Shown here: in pieces, positions 17,419-25,525 of the stretch
Numbering within the stretch: position 1 is the stretch's first letter
Layout: each line of letters begins with the position of its first letter
NCBI GenBank assembly: GCA_051117555.1
Contig: JBNPEG010000122.1
Coordinates: 1 to 25,542 of the forward strand
Direction of reading: 5' to 3'
DNA length: 25,542 nucleotides
DNA from: Elainellaceae cyanobacterium
GTDB taxonomy: Bacteria; Cyanobacteriota; Cyanobacteriia; CAZCXK01
Translations under genes and position numbers: made by a program
The notes under the pieces: model-generated
Database searches by the model: none
Told to the model about the DNA's origin: nothing
Seen by the model: the letters and a program-made list of their open reading frames with translations, nothing else

Positions 17419-17868
17419 ATGAATCTACGCATTTTAGGCTCATTACTCGTCGTGGCTACGGTCAGTTCAGCCGTAGGTGACTGGGCTCTCCCTCGTGCGA
17501 TCGCTCAGACTCCCCCCGCTCAAACGTTTCAAACAGGGCCCTGGCAGCCGATTGCCCGCGTGAGTCCCGATCGCCAACCCGACGTCCGTCTGATCAATCA
17601 GTCTGGCTTGATCGTCGACTATTCTCTGACCACCAGTGAGTTTTCGTCTCGGCAACTGCCCCCTAACGGCAGCACCATTCTCACCGCTGTGCCGCTTCCG
17701 GCGTTTATCCTCATCAATCCTCAAAATTCCCAAGAAACTCTCTGGTATGACATCAGCGTTAACGACGAATCGAATGTTGTGACAGTCGAGCTTCAACGCA
17801 TTGATGATGCCGCTGCGGGCTACACGACACTCAACATTCAAGAGAATGGAGCGATTTACGCCTATTAA
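17419..17868 (+). CDS. Hypothetical exported protein
   Basis: Signal-peptide-like N-terminus MNLRILGSLLVVATVSSAVG...AIAQ followed by a beta-rich domain. ATG 17419 avoids overlap with the RHH gene. Confidence 0.7.
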   Translation: MNLRILGSLLVVATVSSAVGDWALPRAIAQTPPAQTFQTGPWQPIARVSPDRQPDVRLINQSGLIVDYSLTTSEFSSRQLPPNGSTILTAVPLPAFILINPQNSQETLWYDISVNDESNVVTVELQRIDDAAAGYTTLNIQENGAIYAY

Positions 17869-17964
17869 TCTGTTTAAGAGTCTGTTTAAGAGGTGGTGAA
17901 TCTTACGTTTCGATCAAGATTGAGGCTATTCAGCCATCTGCGCTGTCACAGATTGCAGCCATAC

Positions 17965-19056
17965 CTAATTTGCAAGGTCAGGGAAGACTTCTCTGACCGC
18001 AGGGTGAACGAGTTGGTAATTCTTAATATTCAATCCCAATTCCAACGCCGGATCGATGGTGAGCGCATCAATTCCCTTGTCGGCCAGCTTGAGCACATAG
18101 GGAAAAGTGCTGTTATTTAAGGCTTGAGTGGCCGTCCAGGGAACTGCTCCGGGCATATTCGGCACACCATAGTGAACAACTCCAGCTTCTTCGTAGGTTG
18201 GCTTCGTATGCGAGGTGGGGTGAAGCGTCTCAACACAGCCGCCTTGGTCAACGGCGACGTCGATGATCACAGATCCAGGACGAATTTTTTCGACTAGGCT
18301 GCGCGTTACCAGGGTCGGCGCTTTTCGCCCCGGAACTAGCACGGCTCCAATTAGCAAATCTGCATCAGGAACAGCCGCTTCAATCTGAGGAGCGCTGCTG
18401 TAGAGCAGTTCCACTCTAGAACCAAACAGAGTTTCTAAGTAGGCGAGGCGATCGAGATTAAGGTCAATAATCTGTACCTGGGCGCCCATGCCCACCGCAA
18501 TTTTCGCGGCTTCTGTGCCCACAACCCCGCCTCCCAAGATGACCACCTTACCAGGACGTACTCCCGGAACGCCGCCTAAAAGAACGCCACGTCCTCCTTG
18601 TTGGCGCTCTAAAAACCGCGCTCCAAATTGGACTGATAGCCGTCCGGCAATGATGCTCATCGGAGTGAGTAGGGGCAGCGTATGGCGATCGCGCAATTCA
18701 ACTGTTTCGTAGGCGATCGCCGTAACGCCCGATTTAATCAATGTTTCAGTCAGGTTTCGATTGGCTGCTAAGTGCAAATACGTGAATAATAGCTGTCCCT
18801 CTTGAATATAAGGATATTCAGGCGGGAGAGGCTCTTTAACCTTGATGACTAATTCTTGATTCCAGGCTGATTTCGCGTCTGGCACAATGGTGGCACCCGC
18901 CTGGTGGTAGTCATCGTCGGTAAATCCAGCTCCGAGTCCTGCCTGTGTCTCTACAAAAATGTGGTGCCCTTTATCATGAAGCACTCGAACACTGTTTGGA
19001 CTCAACCCAACCCGAAACTCCTGATCTTTAATTTCCTTCGGAACACCAATTTCCAT
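17965..19056 (-). CDS. ald: Alanine dehydrogenase
   Basis: MEIGVPKEIKDQEFRVGL, KVKEP, FTYLHLA, PMSIIAGR, GGGVVG, DVAVDQGGCVET, VPNMPGAVP. GAGG RBS. Confidence 0.98.
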   Translation of the reverse strand: MEIGVPKEIKDQEFRVGLSPNSVRVLHDKGHHIFVETQAGLGAGFTDDDYHQAGATIVPDAKSAWNQELVIKVKEPLPPEYPYIQEGQLLFTYLHLAANRNLTETLIKSGVTAIAYETVELRDRHTLPLLTPMSIIAGRLSVQFGARFLERQQGGRGVLLGGVPGVRPGKVVILGGGVVGTEAAKIAVGMGAQVQIIDLNLDRLAYLETLFGSRVELLYSSAPQIEAAVPDADLLIGAVLVPGRKAPTLVTRSLVEKIRPGSVIIDVAVDQGGCVETLHPTSHTKPTYEEAGVVHYGVPNMPGAVPWTATQALNNSTFPYVLKLADKGIDALTIDPALELGLNIKNYQLVHPAVREVFPDLAN

Positions 19057-19082
19057 GTACTACCTCGTTAATACCCTGTCTA

Positions 19083-19182
19083 ATAGCAATCCTAAATCGA
19101 GCGATCCTAATTGGTTGTGAATCGAGCTATAAGTAATGGGGTAGGCGGTACCCTACCGCTCACAGCTCACCTGAAATTGCTA
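19083..19182. mobile_element. MITE-like element of the same family as 132-204, with a duplicated left end
   Basis: ATAGCAATCCTAAATCG followed by AGCGATCCTAATTGGTTGTGA. Right arm TCACAGCTCACCTGAAATTGCTA. Internal hairpin GCGGTA-CCC-TACCGC. Confidence 0.55.
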
Positions 19183-19292
19183 AATAACTAAATAGTTTTA
19201 GCTTAAATCCTAGATCAAATCTCCCACCGTCCAGAATTCCGCACTCGAAATACTCTGTCCGTACTCAATGAACGTTTATTCTCGATAACGAG

Positions 19293-19371
19293 GTATAACA
19301 AGCCGATGAAGCAGACAGTGAGGATGTCTCGCCGGTGCCCAAGGATTGCTTGCTGCCGCTTATCTTGAACG
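19293..19371 (+). other. Solitary, truncated attC-like (integron cassette) site
   Basis: R'' GTATAAC, 5-nt spacer, L'' GATGAAGC pairing with L' GCTTATC (one unpaired base), second unpaired A, CAG/CTG stem, 6-nt spacer, then G without the expected TTRRRY. Confidence 0.5.
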
Positions 19372-19484
19372 ACCTGTGCCGACCTCATTACAGCCTACGG
19401 GCTTAGATTTAGAGGTAGAGGAGTTGACTATCGCTCAATTCTTCTTAAAAATAGTAAGAAGAATAAAGATTTGTAAATTAAATT

Positions 19485-19655
19485 ATGACTAAACCCGAAC
19501 CGTCTACAACTCCGAACGTGAGCGAGCCAAAATTTGGATTTAATGACTATGCTGAGCGCCTCAATGGCCGTGCAGCAATGGTTGGATTTGTCATTGCTCT
19601 GGTGATTGAGTATGTCACGGGGCAGGGCATTTTGTCGTGGCTTGGCCTGTACTAG
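19485..19655 (+). CDS. hli: High-light-inducible protein (HLIP/SCP, one-helix CAB/ELIP family), 56 aa, absent from the ORF track
   Basis: Manual translation MTKPEPSTTPNVSEPKFGFNDYAERLNGRAAMVGFVIALVIEYVTGQGILSWLGLY*. Contains the ExxNGRxAMxG chlorophyll-binding motif and TGQG. Confidence 0.96.
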   Translation: MTKPEPSTTPNVSEPKFGFNDYAERLNGRAAMVGFVIALVIEYVTGQGILSWLGLY

Positions 19656-19706
19656 AGCGTTATCTCACGAGTGCGTGACCCGTGCGGCAAGCACCATGGT
19701 ATTAGT

Positions 19707-19733
19707 GCGGGCGTCTTGCCCGTTTATTTCTTT
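19707..19733 (+). terminator. Probable intrinsic terminator of the hli gene
   Basis: GCGGGC-GTCTT-GCCCGT hairpin followed by TTATTTCTTT. Confidence 0.6.
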
Positions 19734-20018
19734 AATTTTGTCTTACCGGCCATGTCCGTCATTCTAGACTTTTCGCAGATAAATTCCTGGAGACACCTTT
19801 CGCAAGCAGTATGGTCTCGTTAGGAGAATATGTTGCGTGCGAACTTTTCCTCAACGATTAAACTCTCTATAATCCGCGTTGAGCTAAGCGCTAGATTAGA
19901 ATAGGAGAGCAGTTTAGAGATCTAAAGAATTATCTAAAGAATTTGGGTTTAGGAGCTTGAGCTGCTTTCAGCTTACATATCTTTGGCATTCAGCACATCA
20001 GAAGAGAGTTGAGTTGTA

Positions 20019-20321
20019 ATGAACGATCTGTGGTATCGCTTTTTGAGAGCAACCTATCGAAAGGAGCCCATTTCTAGCTTTTTTATCACAGTGGGGACTG
20101 TTGATGCTGTCATTGGTGGAATTGATAACCGTTTACCCCTTCTAACTCTCGGTCTTGGAACTATTGGGGCAGCGATCGCCATTCGCTGGTGGAAAATGCA
20201 AGGGAAAAAGCCTAGTCCGTTTCAAGAAGGGGCTCCGATTCATTATCTCCCGTCTCGATCGTCTCGTCCCCAACTGCCTACCCTAGGATCGTCTCGAAAG
20301 AATTCTCCAAATCTAGACTAG
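20019..20321 (+). CDS. Cyanobacterial-type hypothetical membrane protein
   Basis: YRKEPISSFFITVGTVDAVIGG...LLTLGLGTIGAAIAIRWW with a Pro/Ser/Arg-rich tail. Lies 21 nt before the MerR gene. Confidence 0.75.
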   Translation: MNDLWYRFLRATYRKEPISSFFITVGTVDAVIGGIDNRLPLLTLGLGTIGAAIAIRWWKMQGKKPSPFQEGAPIHYLPSRSSRPQLPTLGSSRKNSPNLD

Positions 20322-20342
20322 TCTAATTGCTTACAGATTTTA

Positions 20343-20774
20343 ATGGCACGTTCAGCAGCACCAGCAAAATCATTGAAAATTGGCGACATCGCCGCAGAAA
20401 GTGGGTTGCCTGTTAAAACTATCCGATACTACGAAGAGATTGGCTTATTAGCGCCTACGGTGGAGCGTTCTGGCGCAGGCTATCGGCTGTTTGATCCCGC
20501 TGTCCTCAACCGTTTGGCGTTTATTAAGCGGGCGCAGTCTCTCGGTTTGAGTCTCCAAGAAATTCATCAAATCTTGGGTATTCACGACGAAGGGCAGCTT
20601 CCGTGTGGCGAGGTAAAGCAGCATCTCAAAGCTAAAGTCGAATCTATCAATACGCAAATTGAGGCGCTGGAGATGCTGAGAGCCGAACTGCAAGGGATCT
20701 TATCGGGGTGGCAGGAGCAGCCAGCGCCCGATCGCATTGCACAAACGATTTGCCCTAATCTTCAATCGGAATAG
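20343..20774 (+). CDS. MerR-family (heavy-metal-responsive type) transcriptional regulator
   Basis: LKIGDIA...VKTIRYYEEIGLL...GYRLF...RLAFIKRAQSLGLSLQEI, then a coiled coil. Cys in LPCGEV and TICPNL. Confidence 0.93.
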   Translation: MARSAAPAKSLKIGDIAAESGLPVKTIRYYEEIGLLAPTVERSGAGYRLFDPAVLNRLAFIKRAQSLGLSLQEIHQILGIHDEGQLPCGEVKQHLKAKVESINTQIEALEMLRAELQGILSGWQEQPAPDRIAQTICPNLQSE

Positions 20775-20851
20775 CTCCTGCGACCGTGTCAGATAAACGG
20801 GCAGGTGTGTTAGATTGGCATCCAATTAGCCCATGGTTTTTACTCAACGTT

Positions 20852-21211
20852 ATGTTCGATCTTTCACCTGTCTTCGTTTTCTCTCGCGATCAATGCGTGC
20901 TAATTTGTGCGGCGTTGGTTCCAGCTAATCTGATTGCAACTCTACAAACATTAACCTTTGTATGGCTTGGCAAATCGCAGATCCAACAACGATGGATGGC
21001 ATCAGTAGCGAGTCTCTATGCGATGATCATGGTGCTTCATGTGCTGACGTGGTTGATGATCGGCGTCGTTATGGCACCGACCTATATTTTGCTGTTCCTC
21101 GGTAGTCTGTGTCTCTGTGTTAATGGCGGGGTCTTGATGTGGCAGAGTCAATCAAATAAAATTGCCCTACAACTTATTAGAGTCGCAGGGCAAGGGACAG
21201 TTAAACGCTAA
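20852..21211 (+). CDS. Hypothetical membrane protein (about 3 TM)
   Basis: Hydrophobic segments CVLICAALVPANLIATLQTL, YAMIMVLHVLTWLMIGVV, YILLFLGSLCLCVN. ATG 20852 preferred over GTG 20786. Confidence 0.7.
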   Translation: MFDLSPVFVFSRDQCVLICAALVPANLIATLQTLTFVWLGKSQIQQRWMASVASLYAMIMVLHVLTWLMIGVVMAPTYILLFLGSLCLCVNGGVLMWQSQSNKIALQLIRVAGQGTVKR

Positions 21212-21354
21212 ATCTACTATGGCGAAGTTTGACAAACTTCGAGTTCACTTCTGTGACGATTTTTTCAGTGTCCTCAGGTTCGCGGATACATAGAGGGTGA
21301 TATCCATTGGCTGATTCGTCTATTAGCTAATTCGCGTAATTTAGTTCGCGTAAT

Positions 21355-21771
21355 TTAGAGAAATTGACTTGCTGTCCAGCCGACAGCCAAACCAGCAAAT
21401 GATGTAATCGTCAACACGGCTAGCGATTGGGTGCGATTAAGCCCAGCATTTTGTAGATCAAGTCGAGCCAGCATCTCCGCAGCCACGAGAACCAGTATGT
21501 AGCCGAAAATATTAATCCACACGAAGGCGATCGCCACCAGCATGGCTGCGACCACCACCGACGTAAAGTAGCCTGCGTCTGATCGTAGCCAGCTATTGAT
21601 TATCAACCTAAACCCATCTGAAAATGCGGTCAGGAGTAGGGCCTGACTTAGGGCAAACACCGCAGCAAGTGCCCAGACGAGCCACGTCACGGTCGAGCGA
21701 TGTAGAAACCAGCTAAACGTGCTGTACGCTGCGAGGAGCAACGCCAAAGAAAGCCAGGGAGATTGCTTCAC
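21355..21771 (-). CDS. Hypothetical polytopic membrane protein
   Basis: 138 aa, 4-5 hydrophobic segments, GTG start, 34 nt after the stop of the upstream glycosyltransferase-like gene. Confidence 0.75.
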   Translation of the reverse strand: MKQSPWLSLALLLAAYSTFSWFLHRSTVTWLVWALAAVFALSQALLLTAFSDGFRLIINSWLRSDAGYFTSVVVAAMLVAIAFVWINIFGYILVLVAAEMLARLDLQNAGLNRTQSLAVLTITSFAGLAVGWTASQFL

Positions 21772-21805
21772 AAGGAGATCACTTGAGCATTCTACTTTAA
21801 GAGTA

Positions 21806-22720
21806 CTAGCCGATTCGCGTCTTAAGCCCCGCTTTCAATCGTTGCCATAAATTTCTTTGCATGGGAGGCTGTCTGATCTGCGGAGGCTTTGGTTCTCTAA
21901 GATAGCGGTAATGTTCCCAGATATCCCAATAAGGACATCCAGGCTCGATCCGAATCCCAGCCCAGTGAAGGTATTGAAGGGGCTGATCTAAGTGGGGATC
22001 AAACAATCGGTACTCCCTGGCTACAAAGTGAGAACTGCCTGCCCAACTGCCTGGAGCGCCTCCCGGACGACGTACAACGTTAAACCGACGTGGCACGCGT
22101 TTAAGAATCATGTAATTAATGATGGGCTGGTCTGATGTTTTCTGAGAAAAATCGAAATAGTCGGGATGCGCCGCACATTCGTGGAACACATCATAGATCT
22201 CCGATTCAGAAATCAGATTCTTTTTTGATCCCCATAGCCCGCCGTTGAAAATATCCTGTAAGTCGCTGGGTGTAAACACGTTGTCATCTAACACAGTAGA
22301 TGTAAATACGTTGGTGATGCCGCCGGTGTGTTGATAATCGGCGCACACGAAGTCGTAGCGGTCAAGATAATTTAAGATGTCGATAATCGGTTCAAACACC
22401 ACAATATCGGTATCGATATATAGAAATTCATCGAAGGCGCCAAACCAGCATGCTTGCTTGCGAAACTGGTTAGGGCGGGCAAAAAATTTATCCCCAAAAA
22501 TATCGTAGAGCTGGTTAGACAGGCGATCGATGAAATCTAGATCATCATAGACCGTCACCCCAAACGATTCGTTCAACACCTGAGCAACTGACTCATAGTG
22601 GTCATCATACGGAATCAGAACAATCGGGGTTTCTGAATCGTAGAGTCGAATGCTATTTAAGAGGGCGATCGCCTGATCGGTAACGTTGTCATTGGCCGTG
22701 ATATAGATTCCGCGAGTCAT
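21806..22720 (-). CDS. GT-A/GT8-like putative glycosyltransferase (resembles the cyanobacterial Npun_R2821/R2822 family)
   Basis: GIYITAND...ALLNSI, YIDTD (DxD), FNGGLW, SDQPIINY, YLHWAG. Confidence 0.75.
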   Translation of the reverse strand: MTRGIYITANDNVTDQAIALLNSIRLYDSETPIVLIPYDDHYESVAQVLNESFGVTVYDDLDFIDRLSNQLYDIFGDKFFARPNQFRKQACWFGAFDEFLYIDTDIVVFEPIIDILNYLDRYDFVCADYQHTGGITNVFTSTVLDDNVFTPSDLQDIFNGGLWGSKKNLISESEIYDVFHECAAHPDYFDFSQKTSDQPIINYMILKRVPRRFNVVRRPGGAPGSWAGSSHFVAREYRLFDPHLDQPLQYLHWAGIRIEPGCPYWDIWEHYRYLREPKPPQIRQPPMQRNLWQRLKAGLKTRIG

Positions 22721-22731
22721 TGTAGGTGTCC

Positions 22732-23739
22732 TTAGCGAGTCAGCCCAATTTTGCGAAGCAGGCGTTTTTGTAAGGTTGGAGGGGCGTTATATGCTTTGGG
22801 CGTGCCTGTGAATGCAGGTCGTTGGTCAGGGGCATGGAGATATCGATAATGGAGGAATATATCTCGATACGGAAACTCGATGTTGTCTCCTTCACACACT
22901 TTCGTAAATAGTTTTGACGACAGTCCGATGTAGTGAAGATAGGTCAACCGTTTGCCGTGATCGTAGAGCACATGATCGCGGTCTTCAAAATGGGACGATG
23001 TAACCGAATTTCCGGTGACGTGGGTTTCGGGGAGATGAAATGCTAAGTTACATCGGGAAATGGGCGATCGCAACGCCATATAGTTCAATACGGACTGATT
23101 GGGCGCCGCTAAATACAGCACGTCTGATTCGCCATTTGCAAGCTGATCGACTAGCCAACTGCGGCGCTCCGGAGGAAATACCCCCGTCTTTGAAGCAAAG
23201 AATCCAGAGCAAAAAATCTCCGTTTCTACCTGGGCCCGCTCAAAAATTTCGTAAAGCTTGGGAGAATTTACGTTAAAGATGTGGGTCGGGTCTTTGTGCT
23301 GAAAATCATAGACCACAAAGTCATGGTCATCGAGCGCCTCGAATACCGCATCGAGCGAATTCAGAAGCAGCGTATCGGCATCTAAATATACGAAGCGATC
23401 AAACGGAGCCTCTGGATCAAACGCCGCGTATCGATGGTTGCACTCTAGCCGATAGACGCCTGAAATTCCTTTTTGTTCGTGCCAGGTTTGCAGCGCCTGA
23501 GGATGGGTCGTCCAAACCTGGGTCGAAAACTCTTCCCAACGCGCAAAAATATCAGGTTCGTAAAGCAGCGTGACGGTATCGCGGGTTTGGATTTCTTGAC
23601 GCACTCGCTCTAGCTGATCGTTATAGGCAATCACGCAGACCGGCGTATCCTTGCCCTGATTGGCCTCAATACTGTTGAGTAGAGCAACCAGTTGGTCGAA
23701 GACCACATCATTTGCCAGGGTGTAGATACCATCAATCAT
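22732..23739 (-). CDS. GT-A/GT8-like putative glycosyltransferase, paralog of the downstream gene
   Basis: GIYTLAND...ALLNSI, YLDAD (DxD), FCSGFF, PNQSVLNY, YLHYIG. Confidence 0.75.
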   Translation of the reverse strand: MIDGIYTLANDVVFDQLVALLNSIEANQGKDTPVCVIAYNDQLERVRQEIQTRDTVTLLYEPDIFARWEEFSTQVWTTHPQALQTWHEQKGISGVYRLECNHRYAAFDPEAPFDRFVYLDADTLLLNSLDAVFEALDDHDFVVYDFQHKDPTHIFNVNSPKLYEIFERAQVETEIFCSGFFASKTGVFPPERRSWLVDQLANGESDVLYLAAPNQSVLNYMALRSPISRCNLAFHLPETHVTGNSVTSSHFEDRDHVLYDHGKRLTYLHYIGLSSKLFTKVCEGDNIEFPYRDIFLHYRYLHAPDQRPAFTGTPKAYNAPPTLQKRLLRKIGLTR

Positions 23740-23793
23740 GAGCTGATGCCTTTAGAATTTGGAGAGTAGAACGATACCGAGACAAACATTGAA

Positions 23794-24774
23794 TTATTCA
23801 AGCGTTTCCGCAAATTCGGAGAGCCAGTTGAGTAAATTAAGCTTGTGTAAGATAATCTGACGAGCTTCGGCGATCGCCTCTTTGCGGTCGTACCAAAGGT
23901 CTGGAGTTGCCGTTATCTCACGAATATAGGCCAATCCTTTCTCATCGAGGCTTGGCAATCGGACAAAACTCTCAGGCGGAATCAGCGCATCGGCAGCCGA
24001 GCCCCCGAAGTAAATCGGCAAACACCAGGCCAAAAGAGCATCCCAAAGCTTTTCGCTCACATACCAGTCATTATCCGCATAATTCTCGATCGCCAGATTG
24101 TAATAGTAGGGCGCCATACCGTGCCACTTATTGCGAAGCTCCCCACTGGGATGTGACCAGTCGGGCAAATTGCGCCCATATAGATCAAACTCTAACTCGT
24201 TAGACCGCAGCAATCGCAAAAAATCTAACCGTTTACGATGATTTTCAGTGCGATCGATGCCGGATGTAATCCAGCTACACGGGCGGATTTTTTCAGGAAC
24301 GGGTGCAGTGTTTAACTCCTGAAACGAGCGATTGACATACCAGATCGCAGGCATGTAGTTCGGGTTGGGCGCAAAGTCGTCAGGGCCTGAGACATAACCA
24401 CAATACCGCTGGGCGGCTCGATAGTGAGCCTTATGCTTGTTAATCACCTCGTCGAGCGGCGGTTCGCGCAGAAGATAGATGGTGCGCTCTTTTGGAACTC
24501 CACGCAGCAACGATTGCATATCAGCAGGCGATGTCGGCGCGGGCTTTGATCGCCGCAATTTAGACCACCACGGCTGTTTCGGCTGTGTGGGCTTTGGAAT
24601 ATTGAACTGATACAGAAGCAACATATCAGGTTGAGGCGATCGCGCCAGCATTTGAATGGTGTTCCAAACTCCGAAGTGTTCGGGTGACTGAAACCATAGC
24701 CAGTCATGAGCGCTCGGGTTGAGCCCCTGATACGAACTCAACATGCCAACCACGTGCCTGCCTCTCTTGCCCAT
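23794..24774 (-). CDS. Glycosyltransferase family 10 (alpha-1,3/4-fucosyltransferase-like)
   Basis: YNLAIENY...WYVSEKLWDALLAWCLPIYFG matches the GT10 alpha-1,3-FucT motif. Also REPP and DLYGR. Confidence 0.85.
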   Translation of the reverse strand: MGKRGRHVVGMLSSYQGLNPSAHDWLWFQSPEHFGVWNTIQMLARSPQPDMLLLYQFNIPKPTQPKQPWWSKLRRSKPAPTSPADMQSLLRGVPKERTIYLLREPPLDEVINKHKAHYRAAQRYCGYVSGPDDFAPNPNYMPAIWYVNRSFQELNTAPVPEKIRPCSWITSGIDRTENHRKRLDFLRLLRSNELEFDLYGRNLPDWSHPSGELRNKWHGMAPYYYNLAIENYADNDWYVSEKLWDALLAWCLPIYFGGSAADALIPPESFVRLPSLDEKGLAYIREITATPDLWYDRKEAIAEARQIILHKLNLLNWLSEFAETLE

Positions 24775-25000
24775 ACGTAATCTGGTGATTTGAATAAAAT
24801 GGAGCGCCTTGTGTAACCGTCTCTATCTGACAGGATGCCCCGGATGCGCAGAACAGGCTTTCAATCCCTCTCTTTGCCCAACCCAGTTATAACAACTCTC
24901 TAGGATTCCTTCCAACGCCAACGAACTCGAAGATTGCGCCGTGATGCACGATGAGCCGATTAAAAATGTGAAGATAAGAGGGATGCCACTCTCAAATCTC

Positions 25001-25525
25001 ATGAACTTGCCGACTTGGATTACGGTTTCTCGCTTGCTGAGCGTTCCATTTATCCTGTACCTGCTTAATCAGCCAACCGACCAGACTCGTTGGATTAGTG
25101 TGGGCCTCTTTCTGATTGCCGCAGGTACCGATTGGCTTGACGGATACCTCGCTCGACGACTCAACCAAGTCACCGATTTAGGCAAATTTTTAGATCCGCT
25201 GGTCGACAAACTCCTGGTGTTGGCTCCGCTCTTAGTCTTAGTTGAGCTTAATCAGATTCCAGCGTGGGGAGTGTTTTTGATTCTTGCGCGAGAGTTGGCG
25301 GTCGCTGGATGGCGCGTCAGCCAGCCCCAAATCTCGGGGGCGAATATCTGGGGCAAGTTGAAAACGGTGAGTCAAATTGTGGCGATCGCCCTATTAATTG
25401 CACCCTTGCCCCCGTCATGGACGATGCCATCCATCGTTGCATTCTGGATTTCAGTGATATTGACCTGGATCTCAGGCGCAATCTATCTGCTGCCGCGCTC
25501 CTCTCCGCCAGCGTTAGAGCAGTGA
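25001..25525 (+). CDS. pgsA: CDP-diacylglycerol--glycerol-3-phosphate 3-phosphatidyltransferase
   Basis: MNLPTWITVSRL, TDWLDGYLARRLNQVTDLGKFLDPLVDKLL (CDP-alcohol phosphotransferase motif), ARELAV, GKLKTVSQ. Confidence 0.96.
   Translation: MNLPTWITVSRLLSVPFILYLLNQPTDQTRWISVGLFLIAAGTDWLDGYLARRLNQVTDLGKFLDPLVDKLLVLAPLLVLVELNQIPAWGVFLILARELAVAGWRVSQPQISGANIWGKLKTVSQIVAIALLIAPLPPSWTMPSIVAFWISVILTWISGAIYLLPRSSPPALEQ

Noticed and set aside
17467..17841. 124-aa minus-strand ORF
   Set aside because: Antisense shadow of the exported-protein gene.
19441..19480. HLR1 (RpaB) site upstream of hli
   Set aside because: Only one good half-site (TTTACAAA on the minus strand); the partner is too degenerate in an AT-rich background.
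19855..19920. Possible structured ncRNA (TAAACT-CTC...GAG-C-AGTTTA)
   Set aside because: Pairing is interrupted and AT-rich; not distinguishable from chance without covariation data.
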